A stretch of 37,225 nucleotides of DNA from positions 1 through 37,225 of the forward strand of contig CAYFIG010000001.1 in NCBI GenBank assembly GCA_964342905.1, read 5' to 3'. Positions 14,304 through 23,251 of the stretch are shown here, one piece after another. Under the pieces are notes generated by a model. That model made no database searches. It had not been told where the DNA came from and was given only the letters and a program-made list of their open reading frames with translations. How positions within the stretch are numbered: the stretch's first letter is position 1; each line of letters opens with the position of its first letter. This DNA comes from an uncultured bacterium. GTDB taxonomy: Bacteria > Methylomirabilota > Methylomirabilia > Rokubacteriales > CSP1-6. Position numbers and translations under genes: made by a program.

Positions 14304-15322
14304 GCTGGCGTCCCCGCCAAGGAGCGAGCGGCGGCAAGAACCTCGTCGACGCCGATCCCGCGCATACAGGGATGATCGATGGGACAGTGGGTGAGGAAGC
14401 AGGGGGCACAGGGGACGTGCTTGGCAATGGCTCGCACTCGTCTGCCGCGGGGTGCGGTGAGGCGGGGATCGGTGGGGCCGAAGAGCACGACCACCGCCAC
14501 ATCGAGGGCCGCGGCCAGTTGAGCCACTCCAGTGTCTCCTGAGACGAGCAGCGTCAAGCGCGAGAGGAGCCGCGGAAGGAGCGCGGGGGTATCGCGTCCA
14601 ACCAGCGAAGCCAGAGGAGTCGGAGCGCGTTTTAGGACCTCGGACGCCGCCTCGCTCTCGGCGGGAGATCCCAGGAGTACGGGCGTCAGTCCGTTCCGCT
14701 CCAGCTCGGCGGCAAGGGAGGCCCAGCGCTCAAGGGGCCAAAGCTTGGACGGGCCAAAGGCCGCGCCGAGATGGAGCCCGACCAGCGAGGTACCCTCCGC
14801 GATCCCTGCCGCGCGTAGGAGTTCAGCAACGGCCGTGTCCTCAACGCCTGGCGTCAGGTTCCAGATAGGAGCAGTCTCCACGAGTCGGATGTTAAAAACT
14901 TCCAGGAGCTTCAGATACTCATCCACTTGGTGGTGCCTGGGTCGGGGGGGCGGAACTGGATGGGTCAGGAGCCAGGAGCGGCCGTCGGTGGCGAAGCCGA
15001 TGCGGTAGCGAGCGCCCCATCTCCACGCGGCGAGGGCCGATTCGAAGGAGTTCGGAAGGAGGAGCGCGGTGTCGGGACCACGGGCACGAAGGGAACGAGC
15101 GAGAGCGAGGCGGCGGAGGAGACTTCTCGGATACGACACGACTTGGTCAGCCACGGCCTGATCCCGGAAGAGCTCGGCCCACGGCCCCACAAGGGTGATG
15201 CGCCCATGGGGGACTCCGGCTCTCAGAGCCCTGAGTGTCGGCAGAGCCATGATACTGTCACCGAGCCAGTTGGGGGCCCGTACCACCAGCTCTTGGATTT
15301 CGGTAGGGTTAATGGGGTTCAT
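14300..15322 (-). CDS. ADP-heptose:LPS heptosyltransferase (GT9, WaaF/WaaC family)
   Basis: 340 aa. VVRAPNWLGDSIMALPTLRAL at the N-terminus, then GDTGVAQLAAAL and the C-terminal CAPCF..C cysteine motif, all typical of GT9. Confidence 0.85.
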   Translation of the reverse strand: MNPINPTEIQELVVRAPNWLGDSIMALPTLRALRAGVPHGRITLVGPWAELFRDQAVADQVVSYPRSLLRRLALARSLRARGPDTALLLPNSFESALAAWRWGARYRIGFATDGRSWLLTHPVPPPRPRHHQVDEYLKLLEVFNIRLVETAPIWNLTPGVEDTAVAELLRAAGIAEGTSLVGLHLGAAFGPSKLWPLERWASLAAELERNGLTPVLLGSPAESEAASEVLKRAPTPLASLVGRDTPALLPRLLSRLTLLVSGDTGVAQLAAALDVAVVVLFGPTDPRLTAPRGRRVRAIAKHVPCAPCFLTHCPIDHPCMRGIGVDEVLAAARSLAGTPA

Positions 15323-16361
15323 GCCGGGTGAGACCCTGAAACGCCCTCTCCCAGAGGTCGCGTCCGTCGGCCAGGTGGAGGCGCACTGCCAGGGCCAAGA
15401 GCGGAAGCGACGGCAGCGCCAGTTCCAAGCATCGGACCGCGTCCTTTTCGGTGGTGATCAACGCCCGGGCTCCACAGGCCTGGGCGTGTGAGGCCAGCGC
15501 CTCCAGCTCGTTCGAATCATACCAATGGTGGTCTGGGAATTCGGTAAACCCGGCAACGCGGACACCGAGCTTCGCCAGGGTTCGGGCAAAGTCCCCCGGA
15601 CGCGCAATCCCCGCAAAGGCATACGGGCAGAGGCCGCGAAGTCCCGTAAGTCCAGAGACGGTTCTGCCCTGAACCTCCCAGTATTCTACCGGCTCGTAGC
15701 GGGCGCTCACAATTCTTCCCTTGGGGTGTTGGGCATGAACCGTGTTCGCGATGGCCCGTACGCTCGCTTCGTCCTCGGGTTCCGTGATCACCACGAGGTG
15801 GGCGCGAGCCAGCGCGCTGACCGGCTCCCGGAGCGGCCCACGCGGGAAGAGGCGGCCATTCCCCCAGGGCGTGGAGCCGGAAACCAAGACGATCTCCAAA
15901 TCCTTCTCCAGGCTCCGGTGCTGGAAGGCGTCATCGAGGACCAGAGCCTCGACACCAAAGTGCTCAAGGCAAAGTCGGCCCGCTTCGTAGCGATTCTCGC
16001 CCACCACGACGGGGATGCCCGGAAGCCGACGGGCCAAGAGGAACGGCTCGTCCCCCGCCTCCTGGGGATTCGCCCTGATCCCGTGGCGGTCTGCCACTAC
16101 CAGGGTCCCCCGAGTCCGTCGGCCATACCCCCGGCTCACGACTCCCGGGACAATGCCAACGTTCATGAGAGTCCTCACCGCCAGCTCGACAGCCGGGGTT
16201 TTTCCGGTGCCGCCAAGGATCACGTTGCCGACGGAGATTACCGGAGCGGGGAGTTGACGGCTCTTAAGAACGCTGCCCGCGTAGAGAGCGTGCCGCAAGG
16301 CGAGAACACCGCGGTACCCGAAGGTAAGCGCCGAGAGCGAGAAGGCCAAAGCCGGCTGCAT
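15309..16361 (-). CDS. lpxK: tetraacyldisaccharide 4'-kinase
   Basis: 350 aa from the ATG at 16361 (MQPALAF...), with P-loop VGNVILGGTGKTP. The 105-codon extension in the track overlaps waaA and is Arg/Gly/Pro-rich junk. Confidence 0.88.
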   Translation of the reverse strand: MQPALAFSLSALTFGYRGVLALRHALYAGSVLKSRQLPAPVISVGNVILGGTGKTPAVELAVRTLMNVGIVPGVVSRGYGRRTRGTLVVADRHGIRANPQEAGDEPFLLARRLPGIPVVVGENRYEAGRLCLEHFGVEALVLDDAFQHRSLEKDLEIVLVSGSTPWGNGRLFPRGPLREPVSALARAHLVVITEPEDEASVRAIANTVHAQHPKGRIVSARYEPVEYWEVQGRTVSGLTGLRGLCPYAFAGIARPGDFARTLAKLGVRVAGFTEFPDHHWYDSNELEALASHAQACGARALITTEKDAVRCLELALPSLPLLALAVRLHLADGRDLWERAFQGLTRHEPH

Positions 16362-16387
16362 CTTGCCTTCCCAAGCCTCTTCCCACC

Positions 16388-17662
16388 TCACGGTGTCGGC
16401 CTCGCAACGAGACGTTCGAGGAGCTCCAACGTCAGCCGCACCGAGCCTTGTCGGCTCGTCGCTGCCTCGAACCCTGCGTTCCCCATGAACCGTCGAAGTT
16501 CGGGATCCCGCAGGAGGCGGTCGAGCGCAGCCTCTAGCTCGTCGCCGTGCGTGACCAAGAGGGCTCCGCCCGAGGCAAGCAGGAGCTCGGCACTCTCCTT
16601 GAAATTCCCCGTGTGGGGGCCGAACAGAACAGGCTTCCGCCCGAGTGCTGGCTCCAGCATGTTGTGGCCACCCCAAGGGATCAGGCTGCCGCCCACGAAA
16701 ACCACGGAGGCAACCTGGTAGAGCTGGGCCAGCTCGCCGACCGTGTCCAGCACGATGACGGCACGAGCCCCGGGGCGGATCGGGAGCGCGCTCCGCCTGA
16801 TCGGCTCAAGCCCTCTGAGACGGATGAGCCGTTCTACCTCAGGGACGCGTTCGGGGTTGCGGGGTGCAAGTATCAGGACTAAGGACGGGTGCCAGGCCTG
16901 GAGCCGGAGGAAGGCATCCAGCACGATCTCCTCTTCGCCCGCGTGGGTGCTTCCCGCGATCCAGACCGGCTCCGATCCCGAAAGCCCGAGGAGGCGCCGC
17001 CAGAGCGACTCAACCCCGGCGTCGTGGGGTGACGACTCGGTTTTCAGATTCCCAGTGACCACCACGCGCTCGGGCAGGGCGCCCAGGGCGATGATTCGCC
17101 GCGCGTCCTCGGCGGATTGCATGGCAAACATGCCGATCTGGCGCAAGGGGCGCCGCATGAAGACACGCACCAGCCGATAGCGGCGGAAGGAATGATCCGA
17201 GATCCGGCCGTTGGCGATCATCGCGGGGATCTCCCGTCGGCGCAGCTCGCGAAAGAAGTTGGGCCAGATCTCAGTCTCCAAAGCCACGAAGAAGGTGGGC
17301 CGGATCGCCTTGAGCGCCCGCTTGATGGGGCCGGGAAGGTCGAAGGGGAAGTAACAGTGGGTGGCGAGGTGGCCGAGGCGATCGCGGACGATCGTTCTCC
17401 CTGTCGGAGTCGCAGTGGAGACGACGATGTTCAGGCCCGGCCACAGGCGGTGGATCCCCTCCACGAGCGGGACCGCGGCGACCGCTTCCCCCAGCGAGAC
17501 CGCGTGAATCCAGCAGCGAGGTTCGGGTGGGAGTCCGTCAAGCCAGCCGAAGCGCTGGCGGAGCAGGTTGGAGAAATCACCCCGGCGCCAACGCCGGACC
17601 ATGTAGGCCGGGAGGTAGCCAAGAATCGCCACGGCGAAGCCGAGCGTGTAGAGGGCGTACAT
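16388..17662 (-). CDS. waaA: 3-deoxy-D-manno-octulosonic acid (Kdo) transferase
   Basis: 424 aa with an N-terminal anchor, then WIHAVSLGEAVAAVPLV and the overall KdtA/WaaA layout. Confidence 0.92.
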   Translation of the reverse strand: MYALYTLGFAVAILGYLPAYMVRRWRRGDFSNLLRQRFGWLDGLPPEPRCWIHAVSLGEAVAAVPLVEGIHRLWPGLNIVVSTATPTGRTIVRDRLGHLATHCYFPFDLPGPIKRALKAIRPTFFVALETEIWPNFFRELRRREIPAMIANGRISDHSFRRYRLVRVFMRRPLRQIGMFAMQSAEDARRIIALGALPERVVVTGNLKTESSPHDAGVESLWRRLLGLSGSEPVWIAGSTHAGEEEIVLDAFLRLQAWHPSLVLILAPRNPERVPEVERLIRLRGLEPIRRSALPIRPGARAVIVLDTVGELAQLYQVASVVFVGGSLIPWGGHNMLEPALGRKPVLFGPHTGNFKESAELLLASGGALLVTHGDELEAALDRLLRDPELRRFMGNAGFEAATSRQGSVRLTLELLERLVARPTP

Positions 17663-17737
17663 CAGATCACGGCCAAACCGCCAACCGTCCGGCGGACGAC
17701 GGCCGGAGCGGGGTGACGCGGCGGCGGTCTGCCAGCG

Positions 17738-18898
17738 TCATCGCGGGTACCCCGCGACCTCGAGGATTCGACGGGCCGCTCGCTCCCCCACCCCTGGAGT
17801 GCCGAGCGCCCCTTTGAGCTCGGCGAACGCCAGGCGTTGAGCCTTAAGCGCTTCGGGGTTCCGCAGGAGGCTCACCGCCTCCTCGGCCAGACGGAAACCC
17901 GTGGCATTATCTTGCAGCAGCTCGGGCACCACGGCCCGCCCAGATACAATGTTCGCCAAGCTTACCCACGGGATCCGGATCAGGAGTCGGGCGATCATCC
18001 CGGTGAGGCGGGAGACGCGGTAGCAGACCACCATCGGGGTCCCGATCAGGGCCGCCTCCAGCGTGGCGGTCCCGGAGGCCACCAGGAGGAGATCAGCGGC
18101 AGCCATCACCTCGTACGTCCGCCCCCGCACCTGGAGAAGCTCCAACGGGGCATTCCTGAGCAGTCGCTCCACCAGCGCCGGGTCCACGCTGGTGGCGGGC
18201 GCCACGAGGAAGCGCGCTTGGGGAATCGTCTCGCGGATCCGCCGTGCGGCCTCCGCCATTGGTGGGAGAAGCCGCTCCACCTCCTCCCGGCGACTTCCCG
18301 GGAGGAGACCGATCAACGTGGCGTCGAGGGGAACTCGAAGGGCTGGGCGAGCGTCGTTCCGGCTCAAGCCATTCGGGAGAACATCGAGCAGCGGATGGCC
18401 CACGAATTCCACCCGGGCGCCGGCCGCCTCGTAAATCCGCGGCTCAAACGGGAACACGGCCAGAATCTCGGTAGCGAGTCGGGCGAGGAGCCGGGCCCGT
18501 CCCCGGCGCCAGGCCCACACCTGGGGCGGGATGAAATAGACGACGGGGATCTGAAGCCGCTTGGCCACGCGAGCGAGCCTGAGGTTGAACTCCGGAAAGT
18601 CGATAAGGACCACGGCGCGCGGCCGCTGCGCCATGACCTCCTTTCGAAGGAGTCTGAACGCGCGGAAAAGTCGTGGAAGGCGGGAGAGCGCCTCGCCCGC
18701 ACCCACCACGGCATGGCTGACCGTATCGGCCAGGAGTCGCACACCGGCCTCGGCCATACGCGGTCCACCCATCCCCACCAGCCTCCAGCCCGGGCCCTGC
18801 CGCTGGAGTGCTCGGGAGAGCGTGGCCCCGTGCAAGTCGCCGGAGGCCTCCCCGGCCACCAGCATGAGGCACGGTGAACTGTCAGCCGTCACCATCAA
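17738..18898 (-). CDS. lpxB: lipid-A-disaccharide synthase
   Basis: 386 aa with LMLVAGEASGDLHGA, YFIPPQVWAWR and LPGSRREEV. Confidence 0.92.
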   Translation of the reverse strand: MMVTADSSPCLMLVAGEASGDLHGATLSRALQRQGPGWRLVGMGGPRMAEAGVRLLADTVSHAVVGAGEALSRLPRLFRAFRLLRKEVMAQRPRAVVLIDFPEFNLRLARVAKRLQIPVVYFIPPQVWAWRRGRARLLARLATEILAVFPFEPRIYEAAGARVEFVGHPLLDVLPNGLSRNDARPALRVPLDATLIGLLPGSRREEVERLLPPMAEAARRIRETIPQARFLVAPATSVDPALVERLLRNAPLELLQVRGRTYEVMAAADLLLVASGTATLEAALIGTPMVVCYRVSRLTGMIARLLIRIPWVSLANIVSGRAVVPELLQDNATGFRLAEEAVSLLRNPEALKAQRLAFAELKGALGTPGVGERAARRILEVAGYPR

Positions 18899-19691
18899 CG
18901 CTCACGATGGAGATTCCCGAGCTGTTGGCCCGTGCGACGACGGATTCAAGGTCGAGGATGGCGACTTTTCCTGCCTCCACAGCCAGGGCCCGGGCTCCGC
19001 CGCGAGCCATGGTCTGCAGGGTGTCCGGTCCCACAGTGGGAAGGTCAAAACGGTAGTCCGCTTGAGCCGCGATGGCCTTGACCACCACCGCTCCTGGACC
19101 TGAAAGCTGGCAACCCCGCCGAATGGTCTCGCTGGTCCCCTCGATGGTCTCGACTGCCACCGCGACTCCACGTGAGACCACCACAGTCTGCCCCACCCCG
19201 TACTCCGCGCATTGGCGGGCGAGGCGGAGGCCGAGACTGATGTCTTGCCACTCCGCCTCAGAGGGTGGGCGCGCGGTGAGGGTGCCCGCGGGGGCCAGAA
19301 GGTTGGCCAAGAAGGTGCGCTGGTCCAGAACCTCGATGCCGAGCGTCGACAGCGTATCTGCCACAGCCATGCCAAGCGCAACATCGGAAAGCCCGCCAGC
19401 CCCGGTGAGGATCTGGTGCGCCGTGGCATCGAGCGCGCTCGCGTCGAACAGGATTGCTTTGCGGAGCGTTCCAGAAAAGACGACGGCAGTGACCCGCTCG
19501 GCCCGAAGCGATTCCAGTACGCGGCCAACCTCGGTCAGGCGGCTTGGGATCACGCGATGGACCAGAGGCTCGAGCTCCGACGCGTCCCCGAAGGCGAAGG
19601 CCACCACGCGCCAGCCCTGACGAACTGCCTCAGCGGCGACGCGGCCGGGCAGGGTCCCGGCGCCGACGATCAGGCCGAGCGTCTGCTCCAC
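18882..19691 (-). CDS. lpxI: UDP-2,3-diacylglucosamine pyrophosphatase LpxI (DUF1009 family)
   Basis: 269 aa with LGLIVGAGTLP at the N-terminus and FDLPTVGPDTL...ALAVEAGKVAILD at the C-terminus. It lies between lpxA and lpxB, as in LpxI-type lipid A clusters. Confidence 0.8.
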   Translation of the reverse strand: MEQTLGLIVGAGTLPGRVAAEAVRQGWRVVAFAFGDASELEPLVHRVIPSRLTEVGRVLESLRAERVTAVVFSGTLRKAILFDASALDATAHQILTGAGGLSDVALGMAVADTLSTLGIEVLDQRTFLANLLAPAGTLTARPPSEAEWQDISLGLRLARQCAEYGVGQTVVVSRGVAVAVETIEGTSETIRRGCQLSGPGAVVVKAIAAQADYRFDLPTVGPDTLQTMARGGARALAVEAGKVAILDLESVVARANSSGISIVSVDGDG

Positions 19692-20698
19692 GGAAGATCC
19701 TCCGGCCAGACGATCTCGCGCCGGCCTTCACGGATCATCCGCTCGATCTCCAGGGCCACGGCCAGGGACCGAAGGTCCTCCTCCTCGGGAAGCTCCAGCG
19801 GTCCCCCTGCCCGGACCTGGCGCACCGCTGAGATCAGGTGGAGGATTTCGAGCTTCAAGGGATTCTCTTTGTGAACAAAGAGGTGCTCAACAAAGGAGGC
19901 TTGCCGATAACGGATGGACTCGCGGTTGAGGGTGTACTCCTGGGAGGCCCGGCGGTGAATCTGAATGTCCTGGTCCGTGTAGTCGAGGAGGATGTAGGCG
20001 TCGGGCTGGGTGATGGCGAGGGTCCGGACTTTCTCCTCTGTGGCTCGGCTGGCGGTGATCGTGGCGATGGTGCCGGTGTCAAAAAGGATCTGCACGCTGG
20101 CCACGTCGGGCCCCGTCGAGTAGATGGACTGGCCCATCGTGCTGAGCTGCCGGGGCTCGCCATTCACCAATCCCAGGACGATGTCGATGTCGTGGATCAT
20201 CAGGTCCATGACCACCGTATCGTTTTGGACCCGGGGGACGAAGGGGCCGAGCCGCCGCGACTCGATCAGGATGGGCCGCTCCACGATCCTTTTGAGTTCC
20301 TGCACCGCGCCGTTGAAGCGCTCCACGTGCCCCACGTGGAGAACCGCGCCGGACTGGCGCGCGACCCGGAAGAGCTCTTTCGCCTCCTCCAGCGTCGGGG
20401 CCATGGGTTTCTCCACCAGGACGTGGATCCCGGCCTCGAGGAGGTCGCGCACTACGGCAAAGTGCTGATCGGTGGGCACCGCCACGCTGGCCACATCCAC
20501 TTTGCCGATCAGTTCCCGGTGATCGGTGAAAGCCTGGGTGTCGTACTGGACCGCCAGGCGTCGGACCTTGTCCGAGTCCACGTCCACGATCCCGACCAAG
20601 TCCACGTTCCAGAGCTCGGCATAGACGAGGATGTGGTACTGCCCCATGTGGCCGGCCCCCACCACCCCGGCGCGGATCCGCCGGACCGCACGCTCCAT
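19670..20698 (-). CDS. Gfo/Idh/MocA-family NAD(P)-dependent oxidoreductase (GnnA-like candidate)
   Basis: 342 aa with Rossmann motif RAGVVGAGHMGQYH and the EKP motif VLVEKPMA. It is embedded in the lipid A operon, overlapping lpxI by 22 nt and lpxA by 1 nt. Confidence 0.85.
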   Translation of the reverse strand: MERAVRRIRAGVVGAGHMGQYHILVYAELWNVDLVGIVDVDSDKVRRLAVQYDTQAFTDHRELIGKVDVASVAVPTDQHFAVVRDLLEAGIHVLVEKPMAPTLEEAKELFRVARQSGAVLHVGHVERFNGAVQELKRIVERPILIESRRLGPFVPRVQNDTVVMDLMIHDIDIVLGLVNGEPRQLSTMGQSIYSTGPDVASVQILFDTGTIATITASRATEEKVRTLAITQPDAYILLDYTDQDIQIHRRASQEYTLNRESIRYRQASFVEHLFVHKENPLKLEILHLISAVRQVRAGGPLELPEEEDLRSLAVALEIERMIREGRREIVWPEDLPWSRRSA

Positions 20699-21606
20699 CA
20701 GAAGATTCGCTCCTCGTCAAGCACTGGGCGCCCGGAGCCGGATACGCCCGTTGCCACATCCAGATCCTCGCCAGGATTCGCCCCACGCTCGAGGTCTTGT
20801 CCGCCGCCGGCTTCCTCCCCCCGAGAGGGACTGCAGATACCGAGCTTGGAGGTCTCGACGAACTCCGCTAGGCGGACGATGAGGGGGGTCATCGAGATCT
20901 CGGCGCGGATCCGCCGGACCGCGGTCGCCGGCGCGAGCCCGGACCGGTGGAGGATGCGGAAGGCGGCCTTGATCTGCCGGCGGTCCTCGGCCCCAACACC
21001 TCCGCGCCTGAGCCCGATGACATTGACGGAGCGCGCCGTGGCGGGCGCTCCGTCCACGATCACGAAGGGCGGGACGTCCTGGTGTACCATGGAGCCCGCC
21101 CCGATGTAGGCGTAGGTACCGATCCGGGCAAACGGGTGGATGCCCGAGAGGCCGCTCACCGTTGCCCGGTCCTCAACCTGGACGTGACCGGTGAGGCCCG
21201 CGTAGTTGACGATGATCACGTGGTTGCCGATCTTGCAGTCGTGGGCGATGTGGCTCATCGACATGAGAAGCGCGGAGTTGCCAACCTCAGTCCAGCCTTC
21301 CGGGGTTGTGGCCCGGTGGAGCGTCACATACTCGCGGATCACGGTGTCTTCCCCGATGCGCACGCCCGAGGGCGTGCCGGGCTTATACTTCAGGTCTTGG
21401 GGTGGGGCCCCGATGATGGACCCATGCCCGATTCGGGTGCGCGCGCCCACGATCACCCGCCCCTCCAGAACCACGTGGTGGCCCAGCTCGACGCCGGGCC
21501 CCAGTTCGACCTCGGGCCCCACCACCGAGTAGGCGCCGATCGTCACGCCCTGGGCCACCCGGGCCCGCGGGTCGATCACCGTGGTGGGGTGGATCGAGTT
21601 ACTCAT
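20698..21606 (-). CDS. lpxA: acyl-ACP:UDP-N-acetylglucosamine O-acyltransferase
   Basis: 302 aa from the ATG at 21606 (MSNSIHPTTVIDP...), with hexapeptide repeats and the C-terminal helical domain. The start overlaps the lpxD stop by 8 nt. A roughly 40-aa acidic/Gly-rich tail extends beyond the usual LpxA end. Confidence 0.92.
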   Translation of the reverse strand: MSNSIHPTTVIDPRARVAQGVTIGAYSVVGPEVELGPGVELGHHVVLEGRVIVGARTRIGHGSIIGAPPQDLKYKPGTPSGVRIGEDTVIREYVTLHRATTPEGWTEVGNSALLMSMSHIAHDCKIGNHVIIVNYAGLTGHVQVEDRATVSGLSGIHPFARIGTYAYIGAGSMVHQDVPPFVIVDGAPATARSVNVIGLRRGGVGAEDRRQIKAAFRILHRSGLAPATAVRRIRAEISMTPLIVRLAEFVETSKLGICSPSRGEEAGGGQDLERGANPGEDLDVATGVSGSGRPVLDEERIF

Positions 21607-22678
21607 CACGGTCCTCGCCGGAATCGGGGGGTGTGAGCCCGAGTCGTCCCTCAAGCTCCCGCACCTGCCGCTCCAGCGCCCGCACTCGCCGCAAGAGTTC
21701 CGGGAGCCTTGGCAACGCCGCTGAGATCCGCTTCGCCTCCGCCGCCGGTCGTGGCGGGAAACCCCAGTACGGCCCGGCCTCCGGAAGGTTTGAGCCGGAG
21801 GGAACTCCGGATTGGCCTCCGAGCATCACCCCGTCGCCGAGGGTGACGTGATCGCCTACTCCTACCTGGCCTGCCAGGACGGCCCGATTCCCGACCTTGG
21901 AGGAGCCTGAAATCCCGACCTGGGCCACGAGGATCGCATCCTCCCCGATCTCGACGTTGTGCCCGATCTGCACCAAGTTGTCGATCTTGGTGCCCCGGCG
22001 GATCAGGGTCTGACCGAGCGTGGCTCGATCAATGGTCACGTTTGCGCCGATCTCGACCTCGTCCTCCACAACCACCGTCCCGACCTGGGGAATCTTCCGG
22101 TGGCGGCTACCGTTGAAGACATAGCCAAACCCGTCGGCACCTAGCACCGCTCCGGGCTGCACGATTACGCGGTTGCCAAGCTTCACCCTGTCGCTGATCA
22201 CCGCATGCGGATAGATGACGCAATCGGCTCCGATCTCGACGCCTTCGCCCACGTAGACGAGGGGAAAGATCCAGGTTCGCTCCCCGACCACCGAATCGGT
22301 CCCGATGACAGCCAGGGCGCCCACTGTGGCGGTCGGGTGCACGCGAGCATTGGCCGCGATCTGGGCTGAGGCGTGGATCCCCCCGGGAGGGATGCCGGGC
22401 GGGTGGAAGAGCTGGAGAAGGCCGATCAACGCGACCTGGGGGTTGTCAGCCCTGAGGAGCGCTCCGGGAAATTTCCCATCGCGTGGCACCAGGAGCGCCC
22501 CAGCCAGGGTGGTCCGGGCCAGGCTCGCAGACCTCGGATGGGTGAGGAAGGAGATCTGATCGGGGCGCGCGGTCTCCAAGGGGGCCACCCCAGTAACCTC
22601 CTGGTTGGGGTCACCCTCCAGCACGAGTCCGAGCACCTGAGCGATCTGCCCCAGCGTCAATGGTCGCGCGACGCGCAT
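21599..22678 (-). CDS. lpxD: UDP-3-O-acylglucosamine N-acyltransferase
   Basis: 359 aa with N-terminal LGQIAQVLG, a long left-handed beta-helix hexapeptide region and a C-terminal coiled coil. Confidence 0.92.
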   Translation of the reverse strand: MRVARPLTLGQIAQVLGLVLEGDPNQEVTGVAPLETARPDQISFLTHPRSASLARTTLAGALLVPRDGKFPGALLRADNPQVALIGLLQLFHPPGIPPGGIHASAQIAANARVHPTATVGALAVIGTDSVVGERTWIFPLVYVGEGVEIGADCVIYPHAVISDRVKLGNRVIVQPGAVLGADGFGYVFNGSRHRKIPQVGTVVVEDEVEIGANVTIDRATLGQTLIRRGTKIDNLVQIGHNVEIGEDAILVAQVGISGSSKVGNRAVLAGQVGVGDHVTLGDGVMLGGQSGVPSGSNLPEAGPYWGFPPRPAAEAKRISAALPRLPELLRRVRALERQVRELEGRLGLTPPDSGEDRDE

Positions 22679-22683
22679 ATCAG

Positions 22684-23229
22684 CTACTTCTTCGCGCGGC
22701 TCGTTTCCTGGTCATACGCTTTGATGATCTCGTCGGTGATGTCGGCCTCAGGAGAGCCGTACAGCACCCCCGCGCCGCGCCGCTCGACGATCATCTGGTA
22801 GCCGCGCTGCTTCCCGTACCGCTCGATCACCCCGGACAGCTCCTGGAGCACCTTTTGGAGGACACCCTGCTCCTTCTTCTCCAGCTCCTTCTGATAGTCG
22901 TCGACCAGGCGACGAAGGTCGCGGACCTTCCGCTCAAGCGTTTCTTGCTTTTCCTTCCGGGCCTCCGCGCTCAGCAGGACACCCTTCTTCTCCAGGTCCT
23001 CTCGGAGTTTCTCGACCTCCGCACGCTTGCCGTCCACCTCTTTCTGCATCGTCACCTTTTCGCGTTCGATTTGCTCCCGAGCTGCGACGCCGGCGGAAGA
23101 GCGCGCCAGGATCCGCTGGACATCCACATATCCGATCTGAACTGGCGACTGTGCCGCAGCTCCCGTGACGAAGAGCGGGGCCATTCCGACCAGCCCCGCC
23201 AGTACCATACCAACTGCTGCCCACCTCAT
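22684..23229 (-). CDS. skp: periplasmic chaperone Skp/OmpH
   Basis: 181 aa from the ATG at 23229, with signal peptide MRWAAVGMVLAGLVGMAPLFVTGAAA followed by a charged coiled-coil body. The position between bamA and lpxD is the conserved one. The track's extension overlaps bamA. Confidence 0.8.
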   Translation of the reverse strand: MRWAAVGMVLAGLVGMAPLFVTGAAAQSPVQIGYVDVQRILARSSAGVAAREQIEREKVTMQKEVDGKRAEVEKLREDLEKKGVLLSAEARKEKQETLERKVRDLRRLVDDYQKELEKKEQGVLQKVLQELSGVIERYGKQRGYQMIVERRGAGVLYGSPEADITDEIIKAYDQETSRAKK

Positions 23230-23251
23230 GCGTCTTCTCCTCACGAACCGG

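Noticed and set aside
20698-20830. A roughly 40-aa acidic/Gly-rich C-terminal tail on LpxA, and a similar 25-aa Arg/Gly-rich tail on RibH (36598-36675)
   Set aside because: These could be genuine disordered tails, or late stop codons typical of GC-rich genomes. With no motif and no way to test conservation here, they are not a supportable finding.
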